A program made the position numbers and the translations under genes. Below the pieces are notes generated by a model. That model had not been told where the DNA came from, did not search any database, and saw only the letters and a list, made by a program, of their open reading frames with translations. Below are positions 10,879 to 22,522 of a DNA stretch of 64,000 bases, piece after piece; within the stretch, counting starts at the first letter, position 1; each line of letters starts with the position of its first letter. The DNA is from Azolla caroliniana (Eukaryota; Plantae; Polypodiophyta), in contig JBHGNT010000020.1 of the NCBI GenBank assembly GCA_043228905.1, positions 6,324,001-6,388,000 of the forward strand. The letters are read 5' to 3'.

Positions 10879-13800
10879 ACGAGGTCTCACATTCCGTGAT
10901 CCTCGGGCAACCATTTATCACGGCATCACGGATGGAGACAAAGGTGCTCAATAGCGGTGCGGCTTTCGCACGAATTCGGAGCCAAAGCGGAGGGAAATCC
11001 ATCCAATTCCTAACTGTGCCGGCAAATCATGAAAGGAACAAGAGAGAGCTCTTGTCCCAAACAAGGATGGATTTTTAGAGCGGATTGTTGCAGAGTGGGG
11101 AAGTGATAGTCCAAGAATCCCTGATACCCCACACAAGAAGAAAACTCTCGGAGCAAAACAAGTATGAATCGGTCCGGATGGGGCATTCACGTACATGGCC
11201 ATAACCGGAGGAATGAAGAAAGAATACCGAAAAGTGGAGGATAAGTTACGATCGGCATCAATAATAAAAGAAGACAAAGAAATCGTGGGAGACGAAGGTG
11301 CTCGATAGCGGTGCGGCTTTCGCACGAATTCGGAGCCAAAGCGGAGGGAAATCCATCCAATTCCTAACTGTGCCGGCAAATCATGAAAGGAACAAGAGAG
11401 AGCTCTTGCCCCAAACAAGGATGGATTTTTAGAGTGGATTGTTGAAGAGTGGGGAAGTGATAGTCCAAGAATCCCTGATACCCCACACAAGGAGAAAAAT
11501 CTCGGAGCAAAACAAGTACGAATCGGTCCGGATGGGGCATCCACGTACACGGCCATAACCGGAGGAATGAAGAAAGAATACCGAAAAGTGGAGGATAAGT
11601 TACGGTCGGCATCAATAATAAAAGAAGACAAAGAAATCGTGGGAATAGTCGAAGAAGTGTTCTATGGGAGCACGCTACAACGGCTTGAAGAGCTTGTGGA
11701 GGATAAAAACCAAGGAGACCGGGTAGTCCTAGTGGAATCGGTCGAGATGTACGAGATCATTGCGAAAATGGGGCCAGATGTGCCTCGCAAAGAAGAAGCA
11801 ATGGTAAGTACGAAATACAAGACTGTGGAGAAGAAGGTGAAACCGGTCGCGGGACCACTACCCGCCGATAGCGAACAAAAGAGGAAAGAAGTCTCGGGAG
11901 ATCCGACACTTCGGAAGTCCGTGGATATCGGACATGCTTTTACGGATGAGACCTAGAAGAAACTTTGGATCGATGGAGGTGGTTTCCTTTTACAAAATGA
12001 AGAAGAACGATTTCGTGGGATGTTGGAACAACATGGGAAAGCATTTGCATTCACGTCGAAGGAGATAGGGTGCGTTGATCCGAAGATAGTGGAGCCGATG
12101 GTGATCTTCACGATTGACCATGTGTCGTGGAACCTGAAGCCGATTCCGGTGCCGCGGGCACATATTCCCAAAATCATCGACTTGCTCAAGGAGAAGGTGG
12201 CGATGGGGATTCTAGAGCCATCAAACGCTCCGTACTCAAATCGATGGTTTACGGTTCCGAAGAAGAATGGGTCACTCCGATTTATCCAAGACTTGCAACC
12301 GGTGAACAAGGTCACGATCCGAAACTCTGGAGTCGGTCCGATAGTGGAAGAATTTGCGGAAGCATTTGCCGGTCGTGCGATATACTCCATCGAAGACCTA
12401 TACTCGGGGTATGACCAATTCCAACTAGCTGTGGAGAGCCGAGACATCACTACCATGCGGACACCGATAGGATTAGTCCGGATGTGTACGCTACCACAAG
12501 GCGCGACGAACTCGGTCGCACATATGATGAAGGCAATGAACAAGGTGCTTCGAGATTGCATTCCAGAGATAACGATGCCGTTCCTAGATGACATTCCAAT
12601 GAAAGGATGCGCGGTAGAAGAAAAAGATGAAACTAAGGATAATCGGGGATGCCGAAAGTTCGTAGTCGACCATATTCGTGATTGCGAGAAAGTGCTTCGA
12701 AAGTTAGAAGATGTGCACCTAACACTTTTCGGTGAGAAATCGGCATTCGGGCAAGAAGAAATATTGGTAGTCGGACATCTATGTGGGCCCTATGACCGAA
12801 GACCGTCACCAACCAAGATCCATGTGATTCAAGCTATGAAAGAAGTGTGCGAGTCACAATCCGAAGTCCGAAGGTTTCTTGGAGCATGTGCATTCTATCA
12901 CATATGGATTCCGCACTATGCACATATTGCGGACCCACTCTATCACTTGTTGCGGAAGGGTAAGAAGTTCGAATGGAAACCGGAGTATACCAAAGCCGTG
13001 AAGAAGCTCAAGAAATCACTACGGAGGGCAAAAGCACTAAAGAAGCCAAAATATGACCGACCGATCATAGTAACGGTTGACACAAGTCCAACCGGAATCG
13101 GATGGGTCATCAATCAAGCCAAATCGGATCGTTCGGGATATCCGATCCGATTCGGAGCAAAGGTTCTCAATGAAAGGCAATGCGGATATGCACAAGTCAA
13201 AAGAGAATTATGGGGAGTTGTGTTAGCAATCAAATCGGATTGAGATTATTTGATCGGAGCCGAAGTAGAGATCGAAATGGATTGTCTTCCGATACTCGGG
13301 ATGATGCGGTGTTGCACGATACTGGATGTGGCTATGCTAAGGTGGATTGCATATGTTAAGTCACTTAATCCGGAGGTACGACACATCTCCGGAAAACAGA
13401 ACGCGGTAGCGGATATGCTATCAAGGGGCTGGTTCGGAGATGACATAACCGAATCCGATAATGAAGAAGTTTCCGAAGACTACTTTGCTTCGGAGCGCAT
13501 ATGCCGGGTGAACGTAATCCGAGAATTCCGGGAAGAAGAATACGAGGGAGAAAGCTTGTTGATCGGGAAAGTGCTGCAAGAAATCGAGGAATCATCGGAC
13601 AATAAAGAGAAGAGAGACGAGATCCGAAATAAGAAGCGGCAAGTCCGAAAGTTCTTCTTGAAAAATGGATTAATATGGAGGGAGCCGAAAAGACCGGATG
13701 GCATACCACTTCGGGTAGTCGGGATGAAAGAGCAATGAAACCGGATAATGTCCGAATTTCACGAATCCGATTGGGCTGGACATCAAGGAACATGGGCAAC

Positions 13801-15021
13801 TTTTGTGAAGATCAAACAAAAATATTGGTGGAAGAACATGTACAAAGATATAGCTGAGTTCACGGAAAGCTGTGAGAAGTGTCAAATCTACTCCGGAGTT
13901 CGACATCGAGATGAGTTACATCTGAAATTCTCACCGACAATCAACTTCAAGTGGATGGTCGATATTGTAGCCATGCCAACCGGGATCAGACAAAAGAAGT
14001 ACTTGGTGTTAGCTCAGGAAGATCTCACAAACCAAGTAGAAGGTCGGGCGCTACGAAGGAAAACGTGTTCTGCGGTATGCCAATTTCTTTTGGAGGAGGT
14101 GTTTTGCAGGTACGGGTGCGTAGGACAAGTGATTGTGGATCGGGGAGAACTCGACCCTGATAAAGCTAAGGAATTCTTCACCAAACATGGAGTTCGGTTA
14201 ACACTAACAACGGCATACAATCCGAAGGCCAACGGGAAAATCAAACGAGGACATAGTCCGATCGTCAAAGCACTTGCCAAAGCATGCGACGGAAGCGTGA
14301 AGGATTGGCCGCAGATGCTCCCATATACACTATGGGCGAATCGGACGACACATAGCTCCGTAACCGGTTACATGCCAGCAGAACTCATGACTGGACAAGC
14401 ACCGGTAATGCCAACGAAAACCGTGATTGCGACATGGACAGTGCTACCGTGGAAGGAAGAGATGAGCCGGGAAGAACTACTAGCGGTCCGGATACGACAA
14501 CTAGAGGGAAGACCGGAAGACATAGCGGAAGCAATACGCCGACAACAAGAAGTGTGATTCAGGAATAAAAGCCAGTTCGACACAAAGCACCGACTACGAC
14601 CGCGGAAGATTGAAGAAGGAGATTGGGTGATTGTCTACGACAGTAGTTTGGATCATCAACATACAACGATGCGGAAGTTCGCGAACAAGTGGTTCGGGCC
14701 ATACGAGGTTCGGAAAGTTTTCAACAACGGAACTTACCGACTATGCGAGTTGGATGGAACGATACTACGAGTGCCTATAGCAGGGAAACGGGTGAAGATT
14801 TTCAAGAAGCAAATTGACAAAGAACCGTATGTAAGCTTAGACAAGACCGACAATGAGGAGCAATCGGACAAAGATCGTGGTGATGCAGAAAGTGAAGAAA
14901 GTGGTCTTCAATTGATAATCGACATACAGGAAGAATCGGAGAGTATTACGGATGAAGAGGAACAACGAGCATCAGGAACTTCGGCACATACCGGAGGATG
15001 TGCGGGTTTGGAGGGGGCGAG
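10879..15021 (+). pseudogene. pol: Element D protease end + pol (RT, RH, INT), with stops
   Basis: ILGQPF, FIQDLQPVN, DLYSGYDQF, FLDD, VDTS, WMVDIV, WFGPY. Broken by TAG/TGA codons. Confidence 0.92.
10934..11643 (+). repeat. ~354-bp tandem duplication spanning the PR/pol junction of D
   Basis: ggagacaaaggtgctc at 10934 recurs as ggagacgaaggtgctc at 11288. Both copies contain ggatttttag. Confidence 0.92.
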
Positions 15022-15746
15022 TGTCGTAGTGTAATTCGCACACTACGTGAAAATTACATTTTTGTCCCTCCGGATGGAATCGGTAAGGAGAACCGGATCA
15101 AGCAGAACCAGCAAGAGCCGGATAAAGAAGGCCGGTGAGAATCTCTCACCGAATGAAAAGACAAATTTGTAAATAGAAGAAAAGATTGTTACATGCATAG
15201 GGCAAGATTTCAACCCTGTACCTCCATGTTAACGATTATTAAGCCTTACCACTATACTAGCATATTATGAATTTTAAAGTTATACTAAATGTTATCCCAT
15301 GTAAATATTCTAGATATGCATGGTACAAAAAGTTATTCATGCATACACACTCGAGTTAAAAGAAAAGATGGGATAGAAAGCTAATTATGCACATGTAGTG
15401 TGCATGAAAACTAAAGTTAGGAAAAGCATGATGCTTGCATGTGATAAACTTAGACTCTTCCAACACTATATAAGGAAGAGAGAAAGATGTATAATGGTTG
15501 TTGATTTTTTTTAGCAGGTTTGATTAATACAAAATATTCGTGGGATTCACGATTTTACCATCTAATTCTCTCTTACAATCTAATTACCCATTAATACATT
15601 ATACGCGTGCGATTCATGAGTTTCATATCTTCTTCTTACAATCTCTTCCTAACTAACATTATCTCATATTCTTCTTTCTCCTAGTCCAAAACCCCAACGG
15701 TTCCCACCTGACTCGCGCAAACGATCCGGCGCCGAAAGGCACAACA
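15022..15746 (+). repeat. 3' LTR of element D
   Basis: tgtcgtagtg...ggcacaaca after G-rich PPT. Inverted copy at 29508-30228. Confidence 0.93.
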
Positions 15747-17150
15747 ACGCCAACTTCGGGAAATAAACGAACGAGGTCCAGATGCTCCTCTCACCATCAC
15801 AACCTCCACCAACGTCCCCAACCTGGAAGCCTTACCCATCATAATCTCGGGCGATGTCACAGCCCTCCCCATTACCACAACACCACTCATGCCTGACAAC
15901 TTCACAGAGGAATTGGAAGCACAGAAGGTGATTTTTGAAAAGGCCAATCAACGCTACCAGGAGGACTTAGCTGAGATCAAGCAACTCCATGGTGCACTAG
16001 AATAGGTGTAGAACCAGGAAATTGAATTGCATGAGCAATTCGACACTAGTTTAATAGTAAAGACGGAATAATTCCACAACACCCTGCAGGAGAAGAGGAA
16101 CAGGCGGCGGTTGCCCTTAGGGCGAAAGACAAGCAGGCAATCGTGGCCCTTCGGGAGCACATGGATCACGCGGACGAAACCATTTAGGCAAAGGAGCCAG
16201 CCTTTCAACAAGTGATTACAGCCATGAAAACCGACCTTACCGAAGTCCTCCAAGAGGAGCAAGCGTGGTATGCGAAACTGCAAAAAGAACACAATGAATT
16301 TATGCTTGACTTCACCAACCACCACCGCCAACTGCTCAACCTCCAAGTTTGTGATCGAGTACAACTAAATGAAATCAAGATGTATCCACACGAGTTGTAT
16401 TGTATCGAGCACGTAGTGGAGGAAGTCGAGTTTTGGCTGCAATGCCAATTAGAGAGCGAACAAGGAGCATGTGATGAGTGCATCAAGAAAATGTGGGGCC
16501 ACATGGAGGAAATGAGAAAGCAAGATGTTTGCCTTGCGGACGAAGTACAAGAGCTCCGCGTGAAATTCGACATGGGTGAAACTCAGATCAAAGCATTATT
16601 GACAAAGCACCACAAGTGGATGGCACAGAAGATAGAAGAAACTTTGTATCGAGGATGGAAAGAATGGTCGGCACAACAGTTGTATTAAAAACCTTTCGAG
16701 TAGATCAGGAGAACCGTCAGAAGGAAGGTCATGGATTCTACAAGATGGATGAGAACATCATCCAACTGCTCCAAGAAGACCTAACCGAAAACTTTTACTC
16801 CCTCGCTCGGACGCATAATGAGGAGGTTAAGAAGTTAATCATGGAATTCGAGGATGAGCAATTGCAACTCGCCCTCAAGCTAGAAAAATACGACCAAGAA
16901 AGAATTCAAGTCGAAGCCGACACTAGGGTTCGAGGACAAACCCAACATGAAACCTGCGAGAACAATGTCAAGCAAGAACCGGATGAGCAACACGAAGCGA
17001 CTAATATAGAGAGCGGCCACGAGCAGGATGTGTCAACTGAACAACGGCCACCTAGAGAAAAAGACCTAACACACGAGGGATCCGAACAACGGGGATAACC
17101 AGAGCCCACGCCACCACCACGACAGTTGACTACTGAAAGACAACCGGCAA
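15747..17150 (+). pseudogene. Decayed coiled-coil ORF (host F, probably TE-derived), interrupted by D
   Basis: E/Q/K-rich ORF pieces (16212-16688, 16616-17098). Joins the minus strand of 30229-30426 to read RVADLE(R)QLREINE. Confidence 0.5.
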
Positions 17151-17229
17151 TAGAAAAAAACTACTTCCATTAGTTATACAATTTTACAGATGAGAGTATT
17201 ATATACAAATCCCTATAGGGATGTGATAT

Positions 17230-17620
17230 TTCCATCTTATGTGGATGCCCACTAACTCAAGAAAGGGAGAGGATGACCATTGTTGAATAAAGGCTAGTCG
17301 TTGTCTTTTAACTCCATCGGATCCGCTCGTGAGGCCATAGAGTGGCTACAACTTCACTCCATATCTCGTGCATTAACATTACTAGACATGCACAGTTTGG
17401 TTAGAGAAGACCCATCTACACCATTGTTTCCATATGAGTCCAAAGAGTTATTGGGCTGATCAATTTCCACACAACTTCAGATTTGGCATTAATAGGAGTT
17501 GAGTGGATATTGTCAATGGTGGAAAAAAGAACCTCTTGTGCTTTTATCACCAAAGTCCTCCCCTCCTCCTGATGTCCGTACCTATCAACTAGGGCATCCC
17601 ATGATGACCACATACATTTC
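17230..17620 (-). pseudogene. Possible LINE ORF2 C-terminal remnant
   Basis: W-rich fragment VVWKLISPITLW resembles the region after the LINE zf-RVT domain. Heavily decayed. Confidence 0.25.
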
Positions 17621-17728
17621 CCGGTCAAGACAAAGAGAAAGAGAGAGAAAGAGAGGAAAAGAGATACATTATTAAGATAGAAAGAGTGAATTGAAAAGAA
17701 AGTATTCTATTGCAATATAAGATGGAGT

Positions 17729-17816
17729 TGTCACGGACACACCAAGCGCGGACTAAGACGGAGCACGGATGATGAGGCGTGCTCCGTCTTAGTCCGCGCT
17801 TGGTGTGTCCGTGACA
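17729..17816. mobile_element. 88-bp perfect palindrome made of the U5 end of LTR H, with 5-bp TSD ggagt
   Basis: 39-bp perfect arms, 10-nt loop, TG...CA ends. ggagt at 17724-17728 and 17817-17821. Left 50 nt match 52078-52127. Confidence 0.93.
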
Positions 17817-18087
17817 GGAGTACAAAGAGTAGACAATAGGGAGCTATAGGATGGCGTTGAACCAATTTGGTTTTTGGAGGATTGATAGATCCTTATTTAT
17901 AAGTCCCTATAGAGTAATATAGATTACTCTAGAATATTCTAGGACATTCTAGGATATAGAGTAATCTTGTAGTCTAGAAGGTTCTAGCATATAGAACACT
18001 CTAGGACATTCTAGAATATAAAGTAATATATAGAATATTCTTATGATATTAGATTATATATTCTAAAAACCGTACACATAAATATGT

Positions 18088-18146
18088 TATTACAATGGTT
18101 AAGGATTTGACATGTGTATAACAAGGTTGTGGGTTCAAATCCTTTC
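18088..18146 (+). promoter_or_regulatory. tRNA-like A-box/B-box module in LTR J (antisense to element)
   Basis: tattacaatggtt...aaggttgtgggttcaaatcc. T8-to-G53 spacing 45 nt. Confidence 0.7.
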
Positions 18147-18193
18147 GAGGCATGATGTGAGTGGCATCATGACACTATCCCCCTTCTTCGATG

Positions 18194-18429
18194 TGTTAGG
18201 AAAAAGGTCCCTCCGGATGGGAAGTGAGAAGAACAGTGTTGATGAGTAACTCGGCTGAGGCCGAATCCGGATGACGAGTACCCGGCAAGGAAGACCCAGT
18301 GAGAACTGGATGTTGCAGGCTCGGTGAGAACCTCTCATCGGATGGAAGGGACATATATGTAAATATGTTTCAAAGAGCCCACTGGGACTATATTTGTAAA
18401 TAGCCTGAAAGTCATATTAGTATAAATAT
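18194..18429 (+). repeat. 5' part of a copia-type LTR (family L), interrupted by element C
   Basis: tgttagg...ggtccctccggatggga, similar to the LTRs starting at 39274 (+) and 50235 (-). Confidence 0.75.
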
Positions 18430-18672
18430 TGTGAAATGCTCTCAAGAATGGCCTTCCTTTCATTATGTCTCAAGTTACATTTTATAGACTCTCTCTTAGC
18501 ATGGAGGGTGTTCTCCCGCTCCAATTAGCTCTACTAATTATGGGGCTTGGTGGGGGCCTAGTTTGGGTGTGGTGCATGAGGCTTGGTAGGGGCCTAATTT
18601 GGGTGTGGTCTATGTGTGGTGCATGGGGCTTGGTAGGGGCCTAATCTAGGTGTGGTCCATGTGACCACCACA
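18430..18672 (-). repeat. 3' LTR of element C (243 bp, internal ~30-40-bp repeats x3)
   Basis: Minus strand: T-tract, PPT aagggggaa, then tgtggtggtc...tttcaca. Confidence 0.8.
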
Positions 18673-18695
18673 ATTCCCCCTTGTAAAAAAAAAAG

Positions 18696-21600
18696 TTACT
18701 GTGCAGTCGAAGCGCGACGAGGCGTGGACGACGGTTCCAGACGGGGGGATGACACGGGCGTGGGTGTAGGCATGAGTGTGGGCGGGGGCGGTGGTAGTTG
18801 ATGGAAGGGCTTCATGCGAGACTGGTGAGCAAAGGTAGAGCGGTTGTTGGAGGCGCGCGGAGCAGATATGTAGTGTCGCGTATCTGCTTTTGAACTTCGA
18901 AGGGACTGATCCATCGGTGCATGAGCGATTCGCTGAGACCGCGACGACGGATGGGGAAGTAGACGAGGACTTTGTCACCGACGTGGTATTGATGGTCGAC
19001 ACGGCCTATATCGTGTTGTCGTTTTTGGCGTAGTTGTGCCTGGTGCAGGTTGCTCGTGATGGCTTTGCGGAGGAGGGGCTGGAGTTGTTGTAGGTGGGAC
19101 CACGAAGACACTGCGTCAGCGTGGAGTCGTGTGGTTGGTTGCGGGACTGCCACTTCTGGGGGTAAGCGCGGGTCCCTTCCGTAAAGGGCCCGAAATGGGC
19201 TAATGCGGGTAGAGGCTTGCACAGTTGTGTTGTAGGCATGCGTAACGAAGGGCAAGATTCGGTCCCAGGTTGAGTGCAGCGGATCGATGTAGGCTGAGAT
19301 TTGTTGTTTTAAGGTTCAATTGAGGCGCTCCGTCAACCCATTCGTTTGCGGATGGTAGGGTGACGTGAATAACTGTTGGATTCCTAGTTGTGTTGAAACG
19401 AGGCGTAGGAGCTCACCGTTGAATTGGGGTCCTCGATCAGACAAAATTTGGAGTGGGCAACCGTGGGGGAAGATGATTTTCTCCAATAGTTTGAAGGCGA
19501 TGGTCATAGCCTTTGCATCTGGGATAGCGGCCGTCTCAGCCCAACGCGTCAAGTACTCGGTGATGACGAGGATGAATTTGTTCCCTCCTTGTGACTCGGG
19601 AAAGGGGCCCATAATGTCCCATCCGACGATTTCAAATGGAGCTTGAACTTGTATCGGATGTAAGAGGCCTTGAGCCACTTGAGGTGATTTGATGGCCTAA
19701 CATAAGTTGCATGCTTTGATGTAGGAGGCGACCTCGTGGCGTAGCCCAGGCCAATAGAATTTGCGACGAATTTTGTCGAGCACCTTATGAAAACCCAAGT
19801 GGCCGGACAACGGGTGATCGTGGAAGAAACGAAGGTAAGACTGGCGTAGTTGCTCAGGCACATAGACTCGGGGTTCTTTGCCTACTTGACAAAAAAGTAG
19901 GACATTATCCTGGATCATGAATTGCTTGGTGAGGGATGATGTCGGTTCAGCTCGTAGACGGTGGCAGATATCTTGGATTTGTTTGTCGTGTTGTTGCATG
20001 TTGGCCATTTGGGACGAGGATATGGGGAAATCGATTGTGTTGGAGGTGATCTGGTTTGCCTGAAAGGATATGCAGGATAATCCATCGGCGACGATGTTTT
20101 GTGGACCATGGCGATAGCGCAGAGTGAATGTGTAATCCTGTAGCGCCAAAACCCAACGAAGTAAGCGGCCGGGTGGATGAGCCTTCTTTATGAGGGAGAG
20201 CAATGGCTGATGGTCTGTTTCGACTGATGTATTTGATCCGTGAAGGTATGGGTGGAAACGATGGAATGCCTAGACGATGGCGAGGAACTCTTTTTCAGTT
20301 GTCGAGTAATTTTGTTCGGCTTTGGTAAGTGACCGACTGATGTAGGCAATTGGGCGGAGTTGGTCGTTGTCGTCGGATTGGAGCAGGACCGCACCAAGGC
20401 CGACACTGGAGGCATCCGTCTGCAGATGGAAAGGCTTCGTGAAATCAGGGTGGGCCAAGAGGTCAGAGGCTTGGAGTGTTCTCTTGAGCTGCAGGAAGCT
20501 GGATTCGCAGGCTTCGGTCCACAAGAAGGGTGCGTCTTTTTGTAGGAGCGCGCGTAGTGGGGCTGACAGGTCGGCTAGCCGTGGGATGAAACGAAGAGAG
20601 AACGTGAGGAGGCCGAGGAAGCGTTGAAGCTGCTTGACTGTGGTGGGGCGTGGGAATTTTTGGACTGCTTCTGTCTTCTCCGGGTCCATTTGTATTCCGT
20701 CGAAGGAGATGACGTACCCAAGGAAGCGGAGGCACGTACTACCCCATCAACACTTCTTCCATTGCAACTGCAATCGATAGCGTTGAACACAAGTTAGGAC
20801 CTCCCGAAGGACTTGAAGGTGTTCTGCCCAAGTGCTTGTATGTACCAGAATATCGTCTAGATAGACGATGACGACACGGTGGGTGATGAGATCATCGAAG
20901 ATGGCATTAGCCATTCGCTGGAATGTGCTCCCCGCATCAGATAGGCCAAAGGGCATCCGTGTGAACTGAAAAATGCCTTTCCTAGTGCGGAATGCAGTTT
21001 TGTGGGCATCGTGAGGATTCATCGGGATCTGCCAATATCCCGAGGCTAGATCGAGGGAGGTGAAGTACTTTGATTTGCGAAGCTGGTCGAGGAGGTCATC
21101 GATACGAGGGAGAGGGTATCGGTCATGGGTGGTGACATGGTTCAATTGTCGGAAGTCGACACAAAAGCGGTAAGAACCATCCCCTTTCTTTACCATGTGT
21201 GGCTCCGAGATCCACTCGCTCTTGGAAGGTGTGATAATCCCTTGTTGGAGCATAGTTTTGACGGCGTTGTCGATGCGCTCGTGGTCGAGAGGCGAGTGAC
21301 GTCGGGGAGCTGCGTTGATGGGGCGGGCGTTGCCTGTAGGAATCGTGTGGTGAATCGGAAAACGGACTGAGGGAGGTTTTACAGGTGGTGTAGACAACGA
21401 GGGAAAGGTGGCGAGGAGCTGTCTGATGTCGTTGATGCGCTCCGCCGGTGATATCAGGTACTGTGTGTTGCTGATGTGGGTGGTATCCCGCGGAGTAGTG
21501 AAGAGCGCGATCGGAATGTGATTTGGGAGGATGAGCTGTTGTGCGGAGAAATCGAGACAGGCTCGACTATGGAGGAACCAATCACATCCCAAGGTGATTG

Positions 21601-22060
21601 GGAACAACTGGCGCGGGAGGACGTAGAAACGATGGTGGATCTGGGCGGAACTAATGGTGAGCATGCACCTGACTTGCGTATGTGAGTGGTACACCCGTTG
21701 TTGGTCGCCGAAGAGGATTTTAATGGGCGGTGCGTGGCTCGTGGGAAGTTGTAATTGGGTGACTAAATCTACGCTGATGGAAGAGATGTTGCTGCCGGAG
21801 TCGAGGAGAACTTCTTGGGTCGTGTGCTGGAGGCGGGCGATTGTGGTACAAATGGGCGAAGTTGATGAAGTGGAGGCGTGGACGTGCGGGGGCGGCTCGA
21901 TCGTGGGAGAAACGGGAGAAGTTGAGGACGTGGAGACGTGGACGTGTGGGGGCGGCTCTCCCTGTGGCACCCCGCGCATTAGTTTTCCAGGAGCTCAGAG
22001 AGGGAGGCAGCGTCAGCTAATTGGACGTTCTGCTTCTGTTGGTGATTCTGCCACTTTCGG
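18696..22060 (-). pseudogene. pol: Element C gag end + pol (PR, RT, RH, INT), decayed
   Basis: LLDSGS, FCVDFRQLN, LDLASGYWQI, YLDD, QTDAS, GWDIMGP, LSDRG, NGLTER. Stops and frameshifts present. Confidence 0.92.
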
Positions 22061-22522
22061 TGTTATTCTCTTAGCCGGACAAGGCCTAACACAAGGTGTC
22101 ACGGAGACACTTCACCAAAGGGTGATTACGGCATAGGATTAAGATTCAACGATTACACCGACTTACGTGGGTTACACTATTAGATTGCTTTGGTTAATTA
22201 CACGCGTAAGATATAACAGTGATTACAGAACGGAAATCAAGACAGAAGTATAAACAACATAAGCTCTACTAATTATCCGCTGTCATTACAATAGGGTCCG
22301 GGCCTTTAAATAGGTTTCCGGCCTGTAGTACAAAACGGTGCCTCTCGCACCTATTCGGGATCCGTCCGGATCTGGAACGGCATACCGTTTCCAGTCCGTC
22401 CGTCCACACTTTGCTCATTTACAACCATATCTAATTAATTCCCGTCCACACTTTGCTCATTTACAACCATATCTAATTAATTCCTTCACTCCGTATTTTG
22501 GACTCCTTGCCGGCCGGTAACA
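22061..22522 (-). repeat. Third (inverted) LTR of family A
   Basis: Reverse complement of 513-974 with one visible SNP (22324). Flanks ttcgg and ctcgt. Confidence 0.96.

Larger units (their letters stand above)
17623..18174 (-). repeat. LTR J (3' LTR of a Tcn1-like chromovirus related to I)
   Basis: Preceded on the minus strand by PPT gaagaagggggatag. TATA and (ttctagaa) repeats as in LTR I. Left end approximate. Confidence 0.75.

Noticed and set aside
17729-17816. Conventional MITE or miRNA gene
   Set aside because: The arms and loop are the terminus of LTR H, and the TG...CA ends with 5-bp TSD fit an LTR integrase.
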